A stretch of DNA of 64,000 bases, taken from positions 4,736,001 to 4,800,000 of the forward strand of contig CBDCJV010000002.1 of the NCBI GenBank assembly GCA_965217895.1. The letters are read 5' to 3'. Positions 1 to 9,755 of this stretch are shown piece by piece. This stretch comes from Waterburya sp. (GTDB lineage Bacteria; Cyanobacteriota; Cyanobacteriia; Cyanobacteriales; Xenococcaceae). Position 1 is the stretch's first letter. The number at the start of each line of letters is the position of its first letter. A program made the translations under genes and the position numbers. Under the pieces are notes generated by a model that was not told where the DNA came from, searched no databases, and saw only the letters and a list, made by a program, of their open reading frames with translations.

Positions 1-226
1 ATTCTGCTAATTCTCCCAAAAATCCTCCCAAGCGAGTATAAATTCTGTCATTCTCTGTAGACTGAGGATCGCAAAAAGATAACGCCCAATTATCTGGTGC
101 TTTGGTAATTGCATCTACTTTATTGAGAATGTTTTGCCAATAAACCTGTAGATTTTCGGCTTGGGGAAACAATGCAGACATACCGACAATTGCAATATCG
201 CTAGAAGCAGAAACAGAATTCATCAT
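1..226 (-). CDS. Type I PKS, N-terminal ketosynthase fragment (runs off window edge)
   Basis: Manual translation from ATG at 226/223 gives MMNSVSASSDIAIVGMSALFPQAENLQVYWQNILNKVDAITKAPDNW...RIYTRLGGFL, a typical KS N-terminus; begins 20 nt after the stop of the large PKS. Confidence 0.85.
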   Translation of the reverse strand, partial: MMNSVSASSDIAIVGMSALFPQAENLQVYWQNILNKVDAITKAPDNWALSFCDPQSTENDRIYTRLGGFLGELAE

Positions 227-246
227 TGATTTGCTGAGGGAGTAGA

Positions 247-3200
247 TTAACTATTACAGGGACTGACAATATTTTCTAAATGAAAATGAACATTATTTTG
301 TCGGTCAAAAAAGACTACATCATAGGTCAGAGTAGTTTGCTCAACTTGAGTTATGCGCAGAGCAGCATTTAGAGTAGCCATAACAGTAGGCTGATAATAA
401 CGAGTTACAGTTTTAAAATAAGCTGCTGGCAAAATCTTTAGATTTTGCTGTTCTTTTCCCCAAATAGTAGCTAGCTGGGATGCCGTATCAATTAATCCAG
501 GATCGAACAACCAACGCGGTTTCGGCAATTTTAAAGAATTAAGCCAGCCTTGAGGATTGCTCAGGTTTACTTGAGCATCAAGCCCTTGATTATTGAGGTA
601 ATTAACTTGATTAATTAGTTGAAGGCGTTGCTTTTTGGATAAGTGCTGCTGATAGATAGTATGTGCATCGAGATTATTTCCCTGCTTCAAAGCAGTAAAT
701 GGTACTTGGGAAGTCTCTGCTAATTGAGGGCGTAATAAAACTGAGGCGCGATAGTAAGAAATATTTTCTTGTGTATTGACAAGTTCGACGGGAACAGAAA
801 GTGAGCTTGAATCAGCGTGAGTCGAAGCACGAGCTTTAATGCTAATGAGTTTGCTTGACTGGGGTTCAATCGTCAATGTCTGGAGAACTTTTAAATCTCT
901 GACTTCGACTATTGCCCAGTCTGACCAAGCCTTCTGGACAAATTCGGCGATCCACTCTAGAGCAACTACAGGGCTTAATTCCAGCAGACCACCTATTTGA
1001 TAATCCAAAAGGTAAGGATCGCTAGCTACTGTCAAAGCATGATCTAGAATAACGCTGCCATTTGGCTTGAGTTGCAGCTCAGAACGTATCAGTGGATAGT
1101 TTGAAATTGAATCGTCCTTGGCTTTTGATATCTTGTTTTTGCTATTTTCGTTTGCCAGTGCTGCTTCAGATATTTCCCAGGGTCCCTCTCCAGCAATCAC
1201 TTCCGCTGAGTTTAAACAGCCATGTAATATTTCTTGAAGAAAAAACTGTCGCCCTGAAGCTAAGGGGATAGGAATAATTTGTTGCTGGCGAAATTGACGC
1301 TTCACTTCAGCAGAAGCCATTCCAGTAGTATCCCAAGGACCCCAATTAATTGCTACAACTCGCGTAGAAGACCACTGATGATTAAGTTGCCAGGCAAAAC
1401 GATTAATAACTTCGTTGACCGAGCCATAGTCTGATTGACCTCGATTACCATAACGACCAGCTACAGAGCTAAAAATCACCAGTAATTTGAGCGTCTCTGG
1501 TCGCAGATGTCGCGCCAAGATATAAAGACTATCTGCCTTAGTATCAAAAACACGCTCAAATGATTCTGGAGTTTTATCAACAATTAGCTTGTCTTCGATT
1601 ACTCCTGCTCCATGAATTACTGCATCTAAACGCCCATAGCGTTGATAAATTTCCTCGATGATTGTTTTTAATTCGTTTTCTTGGCGAACATCGGCACTTA
1701 GATATTTGATTTGCGCCCCACTATTACCCAGGCGTTTAATGTTAAGCAAAATTTCTCTGTTTCTGAGAATTTGACGAATTGTAGATTCAATCTGGGCTGG
1801 AGTAACTTTAATTTGTTGCTCAATGGCTTGCTTAATCAGTATGCGTTTTAGGGTGGCAGAGTCGTCAATTCCCTGCGTTACTGGTGATTCACTAGCAGGT
1901 TGGGGAGAACGTCCGACCAAGATTAAGGTCATTTTTGCCTGAGCGATCGCCTCTGCCACTTCCGCAGTTATGCCTCTTGCGCCACCAGTTACTAAGATCA
2001 CCCAGTCAGATTTTGGGGTTAAAATTGGATTGCTAGCTGTGCTTAGTGGTGCCAGAACAGTTTTAAAAATAGTGCGCTGATTTTGGGGATAACCAACTTC
2101 CAGGCGATCGCCTATTAGAAGTTCCTGAACGACGAAATTACTTAAGGTTTGAGCGTCGCTGTGAGGCTCAAAATCTACCGCGATCGCCTGTACTCCAGCC
2201 CATTCTTTGACTAAGGTTTTAAGAATTCCTACCGCTCCGCCAGTGGTTGGTAAGCCCACTTTTGAGTGAGAACGCCCAAAGGCTCCGCCTAAGGTTGATG
2301 CAGAGAGTATATATGCCTCTTGGTTTTTACCTGCTGTCTGGAGGTCTTGAGAACATAGCTGTAGAAGATAATAAAAATTCTTGACCTGAACAGTTGCTGA
2401 GTTTCGCCACTCAGACAAACTTTCAGGAAGATCGGCTGTGGTTATTCCCGCCAAATGAACGATACCTTTTATCGAACCGTGACGTTGACGAAGCCGATCG
2501 ACAGATGCTTTAATGCTTTGTCGATTAAGCAAAGTTGTGCGAGGCAAAATAGCACAGATTGCCCCTTTACTTTGTAGTTGCTCTGCCACAATAGAAGCAC
2601 AATCACAAGAATCTTCAGTAATCAGAAAAAGTCCTTGAAGACATAGTGCTTCTCTAGAAGGCAAGTCTTCCTGAACTGCCTGCATCAGGTAGCGAGGAGT
2701 CTGTTCGATTAAATTTGTCAGAGTTAAAGTAGAACTAGAATTTGTTCCCACACCACCTCCGACTCTAGGCTTTCCCAGGCGAAAATCCCCCTCAATTGAC
2801 GCTAGCAATTGTTCGATGAGTGCATTGAGAGACTTAACTGCTGTCAAGCTTTCCATCTGCTGATTTAACCTGTCGGCGTGCTGGGCGGGAAGACTTTTTA
2901 GCAATGAACCGACTATTTCCACTCGCTTAATAGAATCGATACCTAATTCTGCTTCTAGATCTTGGTTTAGCCCTAGCATATCTGCAGGATAACCAGTAAG
3001 TTCACTGACTAACTTCAGTAACTGTTCGGTCAAGCTAGCTCGATCAAAAGCTGGGAGAGAAATCAAAGCGGATGATGCACCAGAATTATTCCCCAAAACT
3101 AGTGAATTATTCTCAGTCTCAAAAGAGCTAGGAGAAAGTACAGCTAATAATTGCTCGATGAGTGCATTAAGAGACTTAACGCTAGTTAAGTTTTCCATTT

Positions 3201-6200
3201 GCCGATTTAACCTGTCGGCTTGCTGGGCGGGAAGACTTTTTAATAATGAACCGACTATTTCCACTCGCTTAATAGAATCGATTCCTAATTCTGCTTCTAG
3301 ATCTTGGTTTAGCCCTAGCATATCTGAAGGATAACCAGTAAGATCACTGACTAAGCTTAGCAACTGGGTAGTTAGACTAGCACGATCAAACGAGGCAGGA
3401 TTTCTTGAAGAAGCAGATTTTCCTGAACTATTCCCAGGAGTTAAGATTGTTGGTGCTTGAGTAGAAAAGGGAACAGAAACAGAATTAATATTTGGTAGTG
3501 TTGTGGTGGGCGAACTACTACTCCGCCCATTTGATTTTTGTGACCCCATCATGGGAATATTTGAGGAAGCAGCAGCTACGGGCTGAAATTGGTTTTGGGT
3601 AATAGATGCTCTCGTCTCTGGAGATTGAGCAGAAGAGAATAATGAGCTTGCGCCATTGGAAACAGGAGCAGAATAAATTATCGGTGGCGCGGACATTGAT
3701 GGGATTTTTCTGCCATTGAAATTAGGCTCAGATGTTTGGGGAAGACTCAAAGGAGAATCAGCTATTGACTGGCTTCTAAGAGACTGAGAAGTTGAATTTG
3801 GCTGTCCTTGAATGCTAGCTAAAAACTGCCGCATTACCTGCTCTTGTACTGAAAGAAACTGGCGCATAGTTTCTTGATAAGCTTGATATGCCTCTAAAGC
3901 TATGGATTTTTCTTGGGTCATAGTGAGATTAGGACGATTAGCCTGGTGGGATAAATTTTGCTTGAAAGAATGCTTAGTTAAAGGGAGTTTTGAATGGGAG
4001 AAACCATTGTCAACTGGACTAGATCCTGACTGAACATGAATAGGTGATTGAAAACTGCTTGGTCTGACGGCAACTTGCTGGGGTATTCGCCCTCTATCTT
4101 CTTTGAGCGAAGTCAAAAGATGAGGTTGGGAATTTGGCGCAAATTTAGCTTGAATAGGTTGTGATTTGGTTGTTTGCTCCTGGGTTTGCTGAAATGTTTC
4201 ATAATTTAGATGAGGACGCTGACCTGGATGACCAACTGCTTCTGTGTGTGGTCTGGCAGTTCCGCCATTGACCAACCAAGCAGTTCTGGGGAGTGGAGGC
4301 TTGCTGGTTGTCGCCACCAAACGAGATAAATCTAGGACATTTACATCGCGTTCTGCAAATAAAGCAGATAAATTAAGTTTCACGCCTAAAATCGCTAACT
4401 GACCCAAAGATTGTAAAAGCCCATTCAGACCTCCGCCATTGCCATCCAAGGAAACACTGAGATGCTCTTTACCTTCCATAATCATGGTGGTCAATTTGGT
4501 TAATACGCTCTTCGGTCCAATCTCAATAAAAACACGAGCTCCATCGGCATACATCTGTTCAATTTGCTGAACAAATTCTACTGGAGCGAGCATATGCTGA
4601 GCTAGCTGCTCCTTGATAGCGGAGGGTTTAGAATCGTACGCCCTAGCGGTTACATTGCTGTAAACAGGTATTTGCGGAACGTTGATGGCAGTTTGCTTAA
4701 TGGCGATCGCTAATTGTTCGGCGGCTGATGTCATAAATGGCGTGTGAAAAGCTCCTGTAATGTCTAACATTTTGACTTGAAGCCCTTCATTTCTCATAGA
4801 ATTGACGACCTGCTCAACGCCCAGCCGCTTACCAGAAATAATCACCTGTAGAGGCGCATTATGGTTTGCTAGGCGTACCTCATTGACGTTTTCTAGGCGT
4901 TTGAGAATCTCTTCTCTCGAAAGTCTGGCTGCTGCCATAGCGCCTTCTGACTCAGCAAAAGCTTGAGCGCAGATGTGTCCCCTTAAAGCAGAAAGGCTGA
5001 TGTAGTCTTTTGCTGCCAAGCATCCTGCTGCCATAAGCGCGGTATATTCACCATAGCTGTGTCCCGCTACCATATCGGCTTTTAACTCCAGCCTTTTAGT
5101 GAAAGCCAGTAGACCAGTTTCTAAAGCACAAAGGGCGGGCTGTGCAACTTGGGTTGCCCGCAAATCCTTAATTTGTTTTGCTTCGTCTGCTGAGGAATAA
5201 GTACCTGGGGGATAAATATACTGGCTGATTAATTTAGGCAGTGTTCCCTGTATCTTGGCATCAACTACCTCAATCGCTTTTCTTACTTCTGGTAAATATA
5301 AGGCTGCTTCTCTTCCCATTTGTGGATACTGACATCCCTGTCCAGGAAACAGAAAAGCTACTTTTCCTGAGGCCAGAGCCTCATTTCTGGTAATAATTTT
5401 AATAAAGGGGGGTAGAGGGACGGTTCTACTTCCCCTAAGAGAATCTAAAGCAATAGCTAGAGCAGATTTTAACGCTTCTAATCCATCGGTGACGATGCTT
5501 AACCCTATTTTTAAATCGCACCGCTCAAATTCTAAAGCGTAAGTGTACGCTAAATCCCTTAGTCTAGGAGCAGCTCCTGCTTCTAAGGCAGCTAATAAAG
5601 TTTGTGCCTGATGCTGTAAGTCGTTTTGATCCGCAGCCGATAATAAAATTAATTCGTGGCTCCAAGCATCTCCTCCTGGAATTTCAGGGCTTAAGCTATG
5701 GCTATATTCTTCTAGTACCGCATGAAAATTTGTACCACCAAATCCAAACGCACTCACCGCGCCTCTACGGGGATAATTGGGAGAAGCAATCCAAGGTCGA
5801 GCATCTTTAATTAGATAAACGGGGCTATTCTCATCCTGAATCGGCTCTAAAGGATTTTCGACATTGCGATGAGGAGGCATAACTCGATGGTGCAGAGAGA
5901 GTGCCACCTTGATTAGAGCTGCTGCTCCAGCCGAGCTTTTGGTATGACCAATCATCGTTTTGACTGAACCAATAGCGCAAGACTTACTGGTTGCCTGATG
6001 ATCTTGAAGAGCCTGCAATAAAGTCTCTAATTCTGCACTGTCCCCTACGGAAGTTCCCGTGCCGTGAGCCTCATATAGATCGATAGTGCTGGGGGAGAAT
6101 CCTGCTTGGCTATAGGCTCTTTGGAAAGCTCTTTGTTGACCAGCAGGCAGAGGTGCGGTTAGTCCCAAGGCTTTTCCATCGCTGGAGCTAGAAACTGCCT

Positions 6201-9117
6201 TGATCACAGCATAAATGCGATCGCCATCTCTCTTTGCATCTGCTAAACGCTTTAAGACAACTATGCCAGTACCTTCACTAATAGCGATTCCGTCCGCATC
6301 TTGATCGAAACTGTGGCATTTTCCTCTAGGAGACAAGGCTTGGGTTTTGCTAAAGGCAGAAAAGGCAAATGGACTCTGAACGGTATCGACTCCGCCTGCA
6401 ATGGCGACATTGGCTTGCCCAGTCACAAGTTCCTTAGCTGCCAAGTCAATAGCTGCCAAAGAGGATGCACAGGCTGCATCAACCGTAAAATTAGAGCCAC
6501 CAAGATCGAAGCGACTAGCTATTCGACCCGCAACTACATTCAACAACATTCCAGGGAAAGAATCTTCCGTCCATTCTGGTAAACGTTCCCAGGATTCTGC
6601 TGAAGTCGAACCAATGATTCGCGGAATTTCTGAACGAGCTGCATATTGTTGACCCAAATCGCCCACACCACCACCACAGCCAAGAATCACGCAGGTATTT
6701 TCTCGATCAAAATTTCCATCTTCATAACCAGCATCAATCAATGCCAGGCGAACAGCTTCTAACGTAATTAGCTGCATCGGCTCAATAAATTTTAGAGACT
6801 TGGGCGGAATCCCAAAGCGCAGCGGATCGAAGACGACATCATCGAGAAACCCACCCCACTTGGAATAAATCTTATCTTTGGCATGGCGATCTTCATCATA
6901 GTAGATACGCCAATCCCATCTTGACTGAGGAATTTCGGTGATTGCATCCACTTTGTTAAGTATATTTTCCCAATACTGCTGTGGATTGTTCGCTTTGGGC
7001 AATAATGTTGCTATGCCTACAATGGCAATATCTGCCTGCTTGCTAGAGCTAAAGTTCGCTGAACTTGAGGTCAGTTGGGATAAATAATCTGTTCCAGTTA
7101 CGCAGACATCTTCATGTAGTTTTTGAACACTATATAGCTCGTCTCTTAGAGTTGCTACCTGACCAATCATATACATACCATCTGCGACCTGTCGCTCTTC
7201 TTCGACAGTTACTATGTCACCTGTGGCATCCCGCTGCAGACCTTTGGATGCAACACGCAGACGACCTAAAGTCAGATCTTCTAAAGCTTCTTTGATTCGT
7301 TCTGTAGATTCTCCTGCCGCCGTCATAAGGCGACGGGTTTCATAAAACTCTAAAGCAAATGGTGTAACTGCACAGCGACTAGCGTGTCCAGGTCCAGTTT
7401 CCAAGTTCACAGTTTTTTTACAGGCTAAAACTTCAGTCTGAAATTTTGGGACGATCGCTCCATGTTGAACTGCTTCATTAGTCAAGGTGTAGGCTGTACC
7501 CATCAGCACTCCAATCCGAAATCCTCTCTCGGCTAAAGGGGCTGCCATACAAGAAATCATTGCTGCGGAGCGACCATCGTGAATGCCCCCTGCAAAGAAA
7601 ACGTGAACTTCAGACTCTGTGCCCGATGGCGTATGTTGCAGTAAAGCATCAATCATACTTTCCCAAAGCACGAAACTGCTCAAGGGACCTACATGACCGC
7701 CACATTCTCGCCCTTCAAAAATGAATCTTCTTGCTCCTGCCTCTAAAAATATCTTGAGCAAGGTTGGTGTCGGCACGTGAAGATAGGTAGCAATCCCTTC
7801 TGCTTCAAGCTTTGTAGCCTGATCGGGGCGACCTCCAGCTATGATAGCAAAAGGAGGTTTGATAGCGCGGATAACCTCTAGCTGCTTTTCGCGTAAAGCA
7901 TGAGGAACAAAGCCCAAAATCCCCACCCCCCAGGAACGTCCTGCCATTAATTTCTGAGCTTGGGTGAGTAATGTTTGTACCTGGGATTGACGCATCATCG
8001 CTAAAGCTAGCATCGGTAAACCTCCACCCTGAGCGATCGCCTGGGCAAATTCAGCCACGTCACTAACTCTGGTCATGGGACCTTGCATGATCGGAAACTT
8101 GGTTTTGTGGGAAACTGCTAATGGCGAATCAGGCTGGAGTGGGCGCAGTTCTTTTGCCTTTTGAATGTGTTCTTCGCTGGCTTTAAGCAAAGCCTGGATT
8201 AAGCGCCCGGTAGTTTTATATAGACCCGCAAACTTGGCTGCTAATCCTACAGCTTGCCCCATGGGACAAGCAACGGTACGAGGATCTCCCCAGCCTATAA
8301 GAGCCTCGGCTTGCTGTCGCCAAACTCTCGTTCTGGTTGGAGAATCTCCCTGTTGGACTTCTAATTCTTCAGCCAGAGATTGAAGTACTTCAACTTGGCG
8401 AAAACCAGGACGGGAAAGAACTCGATAAGATTGCCCCAAACGTTCTCCTACAATAATTGCTTCCTGCCCGTTGAGATTTTTTAGATAACCGCGCATTTGA
8501 ACCGTCAGCGGTGATTCTGGCATTAACCATAGTTGGTCATCGAGAAATACTCCCGCAGCTCCCGCAGCTCGACAAGCTGCTGCTGTATGTATGCCAATCC
8601 CGCCCTGGACATAAATAGGCGTAGATCCTGCTTGGCACAGTTGTTGAGTCAAAATAAAGGCTGAGGTATCGCTACCCCAGCCTCCTGCTTCATGTCCCTT
8701 TGCTACTAGTCCTGAAACCTGAATCCCATTAGACTCCAGTTTTATCGCTTCTTCTAGGCTAAAAACTTCGAGGAGTATTTGCCGATTAGGTAATTCAGGT
8801 AAAGCTGCCAAACATGATGGCAATGAATCAATTGACCAGTCGCAAATCACTAACCAGTGCGACCTTTTAGCAAAATCACTCAGTAAAGTTTTGTAGTGAG
8901 CAACTTGATTTTCCTTGAGGCGCAAGCCAATCTCTTCCTCAGGCTTGGTAAAGTTCAGCAACTGCTGCCAATTACTTAGAACTAATTCTTGTTCATTTTT
9001 GTGACTAAATTCCAAATCTAATAACCCTACTCCTCCAGCCCTGGCAGCAGCGATCGCCACTTTGGCATGAGTTAATCCAGCCGGTATCAAGGCAAAGCAG
9101 CGGAATAGATTCATCAT
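247..9117 (-). CDS. PfaA/PUFA-synthase-like iterative type I PKS: 2x FabK/PfaD (NMO-like) flavin domains, KS, AT, 2x ACP, KR, degenerate DH
   Basis: GHEAGG and EGRECGGH (FabK/NMO-like); DAACASS, EAHGTGT and GHTK (KS); GHSYGE and GAFHT (AT); two ELGIDSIKRVEI (Pfa-type ACP); TGGARGIT and YGSVN (KR); C-terminal LLDYQIGG..LSP and DPGLID (DH-like). Confidence 0.9.
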   Translation of the reverse strand: MMNLFRCFALIPAGLTHAKVAIAAARAGGVGLLDLEFSHKNEQELVLSNWQQLLNFTKPEEEIGLRLKENQVAHYKTLLSDFAKRSHWLVICDWSIDSLPSCLAALPELPNRQILLEVFSLEEAIKLESNGIQVSGLVAKGHEAGGWGSDTSAFILTQQLCQAGSTPIYVQGGIGIHTAAACRAAGAAGVFLDDQLWLMPESPLTVQMRGYLKNLNGQEAIIVGERLGQSYRVLSRPGFRQVEVLQSLAEELEVQQGDSPTRTRVWRQQAEALIGWGDPRTVACPMGQAVGLAAKFAGLYKTTGRLIQALLKASEEHIQKAKELRPLQPDSPLAVSHKTKFPIMQGPMTRVSDVAEFAQAIAQGGGLPMLALAMMRQSQVQTLLTQAQKLMAGRSWGVGILGFVPHALREKQLEVIRAIKPPFAIIAGGRPDQATKLEAEGIATYLHVPTPTLLKIFLEAGARRFIFEGRECGGHVGPLSSFVLWESMIDALLQHTPSGTESEVHVFFAGGIHDGRSAAMISCMAAPLAERGFRIGVLMGTAYTLTNEAVQHGAIVPKFQTEVLACKKTVNLETGPGHASRCAVTPFALEFYETRRLMTAAGESTERIKEALEDLTLGRLRVASKGLQRDATGDIVTVEEERQVADGMYMIGQVATLRDELYSVQKLHEDVCVTGTDYLSQLTSSSANFSSSKQADIAIVGIATLLPKANNPQQYWENILNKVDAITEIPQSRWDWRIYYDEDRHAKDKIYSKWGGFLDDVVFDPLRFGIPPKSLKFIEPMQLITLEAVRLALIDAGYEDGNFDRENTCVILGCGGGVGDLGQQYAARSEIPRIIGSTSAESWERLPEWTEDSFPGMLLNVVAGRIASRFDLGGSNFTVDAACASSLAAIDLAAKELVTGQANVAIAGGVDTVQSPFAFSAFSKTQALSPRGKCHSFDQDADGIAISEGTGIVVLKRLADAKRDGDRIYAVIKAVSSSSDGKALGLTAPLPAGQQRAFQRAYSQAGFSPSTIDLYEAHGTGTSVGDSAELETLLQALQDHQATSKSCAIGSVKTMIGHTKSSAGAAALIKVALSLHHRVMPPHRNVENPLEPIQDENSPVYLIKDARPWIASPNYPRRGAVSAFGFGGTNFHAVLEEYSHSLSPEIPGGDAWSHELILLSAADQNDLQHQAQTLLAALEAGAAPRLRDLAYTYALEFERCDLKIGLSIVTDGLEALKSALAIALDSLRGSRTVPLPPFIKIITRNEALASGKVAFLFPGQGCQYPQMGREAALYLPEVRKAIEVVDAKIQGTLPKLISQYIYPPGTYSSADEAKQIKDLRATQVAQPALCALETGLLAFTKRLELKADMVAGHSYGEYTALMAAGCLAAKDYISLSALRGHICAQAFAESEGAMAAARLSREEILKRLENVNEVRLANHNAPLQVIISGKRLGVEQVVNSMRNEGLQVKMLDITGAFHTPFMTSAAEQLAIAIKQTAINVPQIPVYSNVTARAYDSKPSAIKEQLAQHMLAPVEFVQQIEQMYADGARVFIEIGPKSVLTKLTTMIMEGKEHLSVSLDGNGGGLNGLLQSLGQLAILGVKLNLSALFAERDVNVLDLSRLVATTSKPPLPRTAWLVNGGTARPHTEAVGHPGQRPHLNYETFQQTQEQTTKSQPIQAKFAPNSQPHLLTSLKEDRGRIPQQVAVRPSSFQSPIHVQSGSSPVDNGFSHSKLPLTKHSFKQNLSHQANRPNLTMTQEKSIALEAYQAYQETMRQFLSVQEQVMRQFLASIQGQPNSTSQSLRSQSIADSPLSLPQTSEPNFNGRKIPSMSAPPIIYSAPVSNGASSLFSSAQSPETRASITQNQFQPVAAASSNIPMMGSQKSNGRSSSSPTTTLPNINSVSVPFSTQAPTILTPGNSSGKSASSRNPASFDRASLTTQLLSLVSDLTGYPSDMLGLNQDLEAELGIDSIKRVEIVGSLLKSLPAQQADRLNRQMENLTSVKSLNALIEQLLAVLSPSSFETENNSLVLGNNSGASSALISLPAFDRASLTEQLLKLVSELTGYPADMLGLNQDLEAELGIDSIKRVEIVGSLLKSLPAQHADRLNQQMESLTAVKSLNALIEQLLASIEGDFRLGKPRVGGGVGTNSSSTLTLTNLIEQTPRYLMQAVQEDLPSREALCLQGLFLITEDSCDCASIVAEQLQSKGAICAILPRTTLLNRQSIKASVDRLRQRHGSIKGIVHLAGITTADLPESLSEWRNSATVQVKNFYYLLQLCSQDLQTAGKNQEAYILSASTLGGAFGRSHSKVGLPTTGGAVGILKTLVKEWAGVQAIAVDFEPHSDAQTLSNFVVQELLIGDRLEVGYPQNQRTIFKTVLAPLSTASNPILTPKSDWVILVTGGARGITAEVAEAIAQAKMTLILVGRSPQPASESPVTQGIDDSATLKRILIKQAIEQQIKVTPAQIESTIRQILRNREILLNIKRLGNSGAQIKYLSADVRQENELKTIIEEIYQRYGRLDAVIHGAGVIEDKLIVDKTPESFERVFDTKADSLYILARHLRPETLKLLVIFSSVAGRYGNRGQSDYGSVNEVINRFAWQLNHQWSSTRVVAINWGPWDTTGMASAEVKRQFRQQQIIPIPLASGRQFFLQEILHGCLNSAEVIAGEGPWEISEAALANENSKNKISKAKDDSISNYPLIRSELQLKPNGSVILDHALTVASDPYLLDYQIGGLLELSPVVALEWIAEFVQKAWSDWAIVEVRDLKVLQTLTIEPQSSKLISIKARASTHADSSSLSVPVELVNTQENISYYRASVLLRPQLAETSQVPFTALKQGNNLDAHTIYQQHLSKKQRLQLINQVNYLNNQGLDAQVNLSNPQGWLNSLKLPKPRWLFDPGLIDTASQLATIWGKEQQNLKILPAAYFKTVTRYYQPTVMATLNAALRITQVEQTTLTYDVVFFDRQNNVHFHLENIVSPCNS
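2801..3390 (-). repeat. Tandem near-identical ACP-coding repeats (about 2801-3048 and 3143-3390)
   Basis: Long shared DNA blocks offset by 342 nt, e.g. TAGAATCGAT at 2931 and 3273. Confidence 0.9.
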
Positions 9118-9236
9118 TAAATACTTCTCAAAGTTTTGTTAGCACTACATTTACGGTCATCAGTTGCGTTACAGCATAATTACTTGCGTAGATGTACTGA
9201 GCTACCTGTACTTATACATCACTTTTCTTAAATAAT

Positions 9237-9250
9237 GTAATTCAAATTAC
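9237..9250. promoter_or_regulatory. Possible NtcA box in the divergent PKS/halogenase intergenic region
   Basis: GTA-ATTCAAAT-TAC matches GTA-N8-TAC; no clean TAN3T -10 at the canonical spacing toward the PKS, and the region is AT-rich. Confidence 0.3.
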
Positions 9251-9755
9251 TAATTTAAATTTTGAAACATATAATTATTTCTCATTAATTACAAGGTAAC
9301 AAAATGTAACTTTATAATCGATCAATAGCATTGATAATAAAGCTGTTTGCTAATAATAATATTTAGTAAATCAAAGATGCAAAAGACCCAGTATGTATCA
9401 AAAAATACAGAAAAACCAGAATAATTAACTTTATATCGATAAGCGCGGAAAAAATTTTTCCTAGTTTTAAATTTCAAATTGATGATAACGTGAGACTGTA
9501 AATTTAAAATAATTTTTAGATTTACCCTCAATTTCACGTCTAAAGTTTTCTAATAGTTGAGCTACCAAATTGGCAATTTAGTCGTGCATTCTACGTAATT
9601 TCTGCTAGAGTTCAACCACTGTCTTAACTAGAAACATTCAGCAGCGGGCATAACAATTTTTTAACCTAGCTCAATACTCTTCTACTTGTATGTAGTTCCC
9701 ATCATAAACAGATGATTTTGCACAACCCTTCATTTTTAACGGAGAAAATTAAATC

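Noticed and set aside
5604..8383. Plus-strand ORFs inside the PKS (5604, 6301, 6401, 7065, 8165)
   Set aside because: Antisense shadows of a well-supported gene; no recognisable motifs
247..9117. Calling the PKS hglE, pfaA or an enediyne PKS
   Set aside because: The N-terminal double FabK-like domains and the gene context differ from those systems; no symbol assigned
9322..9537. 71-aa ORF in the divergent promoter region
   Set aside because: AT-rich, low-complexity translation with no motif
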